A stretch of 64,000 bases of DNA from Alphaproteobacteria bacterium. GTDB lineage: Bacteria; Pseudomonadota; Alphaproteobacteria; CACIAM-22H2. The stretch is from contig DASWFO010000199.1 of the NCBI GenBank assembly GCA_036394195.1, positions 6,934 to 70,933 on the forward strand. Direction: 5' to 3'. The notes under the pieces were generated by a model, which did not search any database, was not told the origin of the DNA, and saw nothing but the letters and a program-made list of their open reading frames with translations. Within the stretch, counting starts at the first letter, position 1, and each line of letters opens with the position of its first letter. Below, in pieces: positions 60,162 through 64,000 of the stretch. Made by a program: the position numbers and the translations under genes.

Positions 60162-61868
60162 ATGGCTGGAGTCGGTCGGTCGGGATTCATCTCCCCGCTT
60201 GTCGAATTATTGACCACGACGGCCGCGGAACGGGCCCGTCTCGCGACGGCTCACGCGGGATTGGGCGCGACCGGGGGACCGCTCGATCCGCCGCCGCCCC
60301 CCGCCGTGCTGGCGCAAGCCGAGGCCGACGCCGCGTTGCGGCAAAAGTCGGCGGCGCTGCATGCGGTCATGGACGCCCTGCCGGCGCTTGTGTTCGTCGC
60401 GCACGGCGCCGACGGCAGGCGGATCGCCGTCAATCGTCTTGCCGCGGATGCGCTGCGGCTTCCGCCGGATCGCGCGATGAAGATCGGGGGCGCAATCGCG
60501 GATCGCGGGGCTGAGTGGCGGGTGGAGCAAAATGGCGCCGAAATGCCCACCGATGAATTTCCGGTGCAAAAAGCGGCGCGCGGCATCGAAGTGCGCAATA
60601 CCGAATTCGACGTGGTGTTTCGTGACGGCACGTCGCGCACGCTGTTCGGCGACGCCGTTCCCGTGTACGACGCGGCCGGTCACTGTCATGGCTCGGTCGG
60701 CGTGTTCCTGGATATCACGGCGCGGCGTCGAATCGAGGACGAGCTGCGACGGGCGAAGAACGCGGCTGATCGCGCGAGCCAGGCGAAAACTCACTTTCTC
60801 GCCGCCGCCAGCCATGACCTCCGCCAGCCGCTGCAGTCGCTCGCGGCGCTGGTGACCATGCTGGCGGTCCGCGAACGCGATACGGCCAAGCTGCAGCTGA
60901 TCGAGCGGGCGGACCGCACGATCACGAATCTCGGCAAGCTGCTTGATGCGGTCTTGGACGTGTCGCAGCTGGATGCCGGAGTCATCCGGCCCGAAATTTC
61001 CGAGTTTCCGGCCGAGCGGCTGCTGTCCATGATCGGCGAGGAGTTCGAGCTGACGGCGCTCGAAAAGGGGCTGCAATTCACGGTCCACGGCCACCCGGCC
61101 TGGGTGCGCAGCGATCTGGCGCTGCTCGGGCGCATGGTGCGGAACATCGTGTCGAACGCGATGAAATATACGGGACGCGGCGGCGCCGTCGAATTGTCGT
61201 GTATGGAAGCCGCGGGACATCTGGAGATCGCGGTCGCGGACACCGGGATCGGAATCCCGCAGTCGCAGCATAGCGTTATTTTCGAGGAGTTCCGCCAGCT
61301 GATGAATCCGCGCCACGACCCGAGCCAGGGCCTCGGTCTCGGCCTTGCGATCGTATCGCGGATGGCGCGGCTGCTCGGGCACCGCGTGGCCTTGCGGTCG
61401 ACGCTGGGGCAGGGGTCAACGTTTACGATCACCGTACCACTCGGGATCGAGCCGATCACCAGGCCCGCGGAGGTCCCGTCGGACCCGGCGCCGCGCGGTC
61501 ATCGGCAACGCGTGCTGCTGGTGGACGACGACGAGCTGGTGGCCGGAGCCTTGCGGGACATGCTCGACATGTTCGGCTTCGACGTCGTGGCGGTGAGCTC
61601 GACGGCGGCGGCGGCCGATGAGGTCGCCAACGCGGACATTCCTTTCTACGCGATCATGGCGGATTATCGCCTCACCCCGGGGACCGGTCTCGAGGCGATC
61701 GAGGCGGCGCGGCGACGGTTTCCGGACATCCAAGCGGTCATCCTGACCGGGGATACCTTTGACGCGGCGCTCGCTGGTCTCGAGGCACAGGGGATCAAGC
61801 TCCTTCGCAAGCCTGTGCCCATGGCGGTGCTCGGCGAGCTTTTGAGCGGCGGGCGTACGGCTTCCTAG
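60162..61868 (+). CDS. Hybrid sensor histidine kinase/response regulator (PAS-like N-term, HisKA, HATPase_c, C-terminal REC)
   Basis: H-box FLAAASHDLRQPLQSL; G-boxes DTGIGIP / GLGLGLAIV; receiver VLLVDDDELVAGALRDMLDMFGFDVVAV...LTPGTGLEAIE...VILTGD...LLRKP. Confidence 0.85.
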   Translation: MAGVGRSGFISPLVELLTTTAAERARLATAHAGLGATGGPLDPPPPPAVLAQAEADAALRQKSAALHAVMDALPALVFVAHGADGRRIAVNRLAADALRLPPDRAMKIGGAIADRGAEWRVEQNGAEMPTDEFPVQKAARGIEVRNTEFDVVFRDGTSRTLFGDAVPVYDAAGHCHGSVGVFLDITARRRIEDELRRAKNAADRASQAKTHFLAAASHDLRQPLQSLAALVTMLAVRERDTAKLQLIERADRTITNLGKLLDAVLDVSQLDAGVIRPEISEFPAERLLSMIGEEFELTALEKGLQFTVHGHPAWVRSDLALLGRMVRNIVSNAMKYTGRGGAVELSCMEAAGHLEIAVADTGIGIPQSQHSVIFEEFRQLMNPRHDPSQGLGLGLAIVSRMARLLGHRVALRSTLGQGSTFTITVPLGIEPITRPAEVPSDPAPRGHRQRVLLVDDDELVAGALRDMLDMFGFDVVAVSSTAAAADEVANADIPFYAIMADYRLTPGTGLEAIEAARRRFPDIQAVILTGDTFDAALAGLEAQGIKLLRKPVPMAVLGELLSGGRTAS

Positions 61869-61917
61869 GAGACTTAGGACCCTCGCGCCGGCAGCGCCCG
61901 GATGCTATCCAGGCGCG

Positions 61918-64000
61918 ATGACTTCGATGCAGCGCGCGGCGCGCGATTGGTTTGCGCGAAGTTCGAACCAGATCGCGCTGTCCACCGCGACCCGCGGCTT
62001 GATCGCGACCGCGACGCCGCTGTTCGTCCTGTCCTGGCTGGGCGACGGTGAACTGGCGCATTTCGCGGTGATCGGCGCCATCGGAATCTCGATGGTCGAC
62101 GTCGGCGGGCCCTATCGGCGGCGGCTCGCGGCGATGGCGATCGGCGCCGTCCTCGGCCCCTGCCTGATGATGATCGGCCTCGCCGTCGGGAACAACTGGT
62201 GGCTGGCGGGGCTGGTGATGGTCGGCCTGGCCATCGGCTCGAGCCTGGTGCGCGCCTTCGGACCCGGCGGCGTGTCGTTCGGGATCAATATGTCGGTCGC
62301 GTTTCTGATCGGGCTTGGCGGCGCCCCGTTCGGCGGCGGAAATATCGAGATCTGGGCCGGCGGCTATTTCTGCGGGGCCCTCTGGACCGTCGCCGTGACG
62401 CTGGCGTTCTGGCAGGCGCGGCCCTACCGGCGGCTCGAACAGGAGGTGGCGGGTGCGTGGCAGGCGGTCGCCGACCTGGTCGCCGCGGTCAAGCCGGAGG
62501 CAGGCGGCGAGCCGGGGACTGCCGCCACACGGCGCCGTCGCGAGCAGCTGATCGTGACCCGTCATCGGGCAGCCCGCGAGGCGATTGAACGGGCGCATGA
62601 CGTGCTCGGCGAGGTGCGGGCCGAAATCTCGGGTCCCGGCACGACGATGGCGCAGCTCGTCGTCCTCGTCGCATCGGCGTCGCGGGTCGGCGTGGCGGCC
62701 CTGACGCTCGGGGAAACCGTCGGCGCCGGCGGTTGCGGTGCGGGGGCGACCGCCTCGCTTCAAGCGGCAGTCGACCAACTCGAGCGGGTCACGCGGAGCA
62801 TCGCGCAGGTGCTGCTGAGCGGCCGGGGCGACATCGACATCGAGCCGCTCCGACGCGCGCTCGCACCGCTCCGCGATGGTCCGGACGGCACGACCGGGCC
62901 GGCGATGCTCGCGATGGCCCGGGCGGTGCGCAACCTGGCCAACGCCGAGGAAGCGCTGCGTTTCCTCGGCAGCCGGCGACCGCGTGCGTTGCGGATGGTC
63001 CGGCTGCCGCTTGGGTCAGGCTCCGCGGGCGAACTGGTCGATCCGGTCCGCAAACACGTGACGCTGAGCTCGCCGATCTTCCGTCATGCGCTCCGGGTCG
63101 CGGCCGTGGCCGCACCTTGCACCGCGGCCATCGTCAAGTTCGACGTCCCGCACGGGATCTGGCTGCCGATGACTGCGATCATCGTGCTGCAACCCGACTA
63201 TGGCGGCACGCTGGAGCGGGCCGTGCAGCGCTCGGCCGGCACGGTGGTTGGCGCCGTCATCGCCGGTGTCCTGCGCGTCATGCTGCACAAAACCATCGCC
63301 TTCGAATTCTCGATCGCGATCTTGCTGTTCGCGACATTCTTTTTGATCCGCCGGCACTACGGGCAGGCGATTGCATTCCTGACGCCGCTGATCATTCTGC
63401 TGATCGGGGTCAGCGGCCCCGATCCCTGGGCCGATGTTCGCGATCGGATCCTCTACACCCTGCTCGGCGCCATTGTGGCGATCGTGGCCGGCTTTATTTT
63501 GTGGCCGCAGTGGGAACATGAGCGACTGCCGGACCGCTTGGTGGCGGCCTTGCGCGCCGGCCGACGTTATGTCGGGGCCGTCCTGGACGCGCTCGGCGCG
63601 CCGTCGCCGTCGGTGGATCTAGGTCCTCTGCGGCGCACGGCCGAGGTCGAAGTGACCAATCTCGAGGCTGCGTTTCAGCGCGTGACGACCGAGCCATCGC
63701 GTCAGCGCGGGCGGGTCGGCAAGCTGTTCATGCTGACCGTCTACATTCACCGCCTGTGCCGGCATGCGATCGCGCTGGAGACGCATCTCGGCGCCGCGGC
63801 GCTGCCGGTAGAGCTCTTGGCCCCGTTGCAGCGGCTCGTCGAAGCCGGGCTTGACGATATCGCCGATGCCTTGGCGCACGGGCGTTCGTCCGGGCCGCGT
63901 CCGGCGTTTGACGAGCCGCTGGCACGGCTGCGCGATTCACTCGCGCACAGCGGAGCCAATGCCGGGGGCGTGAATCTGCTGCTGGGTCAGATCATCAGCG
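61918..64000 (+). CDS. FUSC-family (YccS/YhfK-like, aromatic acid exporter-type) integral membrane protein, 3' end outside window
   Basis: This frame is absent from the supplied ORF track. I translated it by hand from the ATG at 61918 and found no stop codon to base 64000. It shows two hydrophobic multi-TM blocks separated by a long hydrophilic loop, typical of FUSC proteins. Confidence 0.65.
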   Translation, partial: MTSMQRAARDWFARSSNQIALSTATRGLIATATPLFVLSWLGDGELAHFAVIGAIGISMVDVGGPYRRRLAAMAIGAVLGPCLMMIGLAVGNNWWLAGLVMVGLAIGSSLVRAFGPGGVSFGINMSVAFLIGLGGAPFGGGNIEIWAGGYFCGALWTVAVTLAFWQARPYRRLEQEVAGAWQAVADLVAAVKPEAGGEPGTAATRRRREQLIVTRHRAAREAIERAHDVLGEVRAEISGPGTTMAQLVVLVASASRVGVAALTLGETVGAGGCGAGATASLQAAVDQLERVTRSIAQVLLSGRGDIDIEPLRRALAPLRDGPDGTTGPAMLAMARAVRNLANAEEALRFLGSRRPRALRMVRLPLGSGSAGELVDPVRKHVTLSSPIFRHALRVAAVAAPCTAAIVKFDVPHGIWLPMTAIIVLQPDYGGTLERAVQRSAGTVVGAVIAGVLRVMLHKTIAFEFSIAILLFATFFLIRRHYGQAIAFLTPLIILLIGVSGPDPWADVRDRILYTLLGAIVAIVAGFILWPQWEHERLPDRLVAALRAGRRYVGAVLDALGAPSPSVDLGPLRRTAEVEVTNLEAAFQRVTTEPSRQRGRVGKLFMLTVYIHRLCRHAIALETHLGAAALPVELLAPLQRLVEAGLDDIADALAHGRSSGPRPAFDEPLARLRDSLAHSGANAGGVNLLLGQIIS

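Overview
This 64-kb window is high-GC (roughly 65-68%) alphaproteobacterial chromosomal DNA that looks Bradyrhizobiaceae/Rhizobiales-like; the recA-alaS synteny, psd-pssA pair, TctC/Bug binding protein and eukaryote-type NADP-IDH are all consistent with that. Almost all of it is coding. I found no rRNA genes, tRNA genes or CRISPR arrays.

Gene content, in order:
- 1-10.7 kb is an accessory-looking stretch: a 5'-truncated metallophosphoesterase, a CuA-like cupredoxin, two coiled-coil/beta-barrel porins, an orphan short flagellin, an orphan anti-sigma-like membrane protein, two diverged IS630-family transposase HTH fragments, and families of tiny secreted proteins or lipoproteins (three paralogous lipoproteins, and two paralogous 2-Cys secreted proteins).
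- 10.9-17.0 kb is an RND efflux operon in the order permease, periplasmic adaptor, NodT-type outer membrane factor.
- 17.1-21.1 kb is a larC-larE-larB operon for the nickel-pincer (NPN) cofactor, translationally coupled to a Tat-exported aldo/keto reductase, with no larA in the window.
- 21.7-26.6 kb holds a TctC-family binding protein, a large secreted CarboxypepD_reg-domain protein with a CXXCH heme motif, and a HpaB-family flavin monooxygenase.
- 26.8-36.2 kb is a tandem-duplicated 'transglutaminase + circularly-permuted ATP-grasp + alpha-E' cluster, the Aravind-type predicted peptide-ligase/peptidase system of unknown function.
- 36.2-41.4 kb holds an Asp/Glu-racemase-superfamily gene, a split TPP-dependent (ComDE-like) decarboxylase, type II dehydroquinase, a DHA2 MFS transporter and a RutE-like nitroreductase.
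- 41.5-42.5 kb is a VapBC toxin-antitoxin pair plus an extra orphan Phd-like antitoxin.
- 42.9-64.0 kb is core chromosome: recA with a clear terminator, a TPR/GT41 glycosyltransferase, alaS, a VOC enzyme, a MetE-like methyltransferase, icd, a LOG protein, cytochrome c' and a diheme cytochrome c, a LysM protein, psd, pssA, an OmpA-like lipoprotein, two Gly-rich secreted low-complexity proteins, a DUF2383 four-helix-bundle protein, a hybrid histidine kinase, and a 3'-truncated FUSC-family membrane protein.

A roughly 120-bp intergenic element built from nested inverted copies of AAAAGAATTGCAG occurs twice in opposite orientation, near 21.6 kb and 38.9 kb.

No novel system could be demonstrated from sequence alone. 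The most interesting candidates are the duplicated ATP-grasp/alpha-E/transglutaminase cluster, the larA-less larCEB-AKR operon, the dispersed palindromic repeat element and the small paralogous secreted-protein families.
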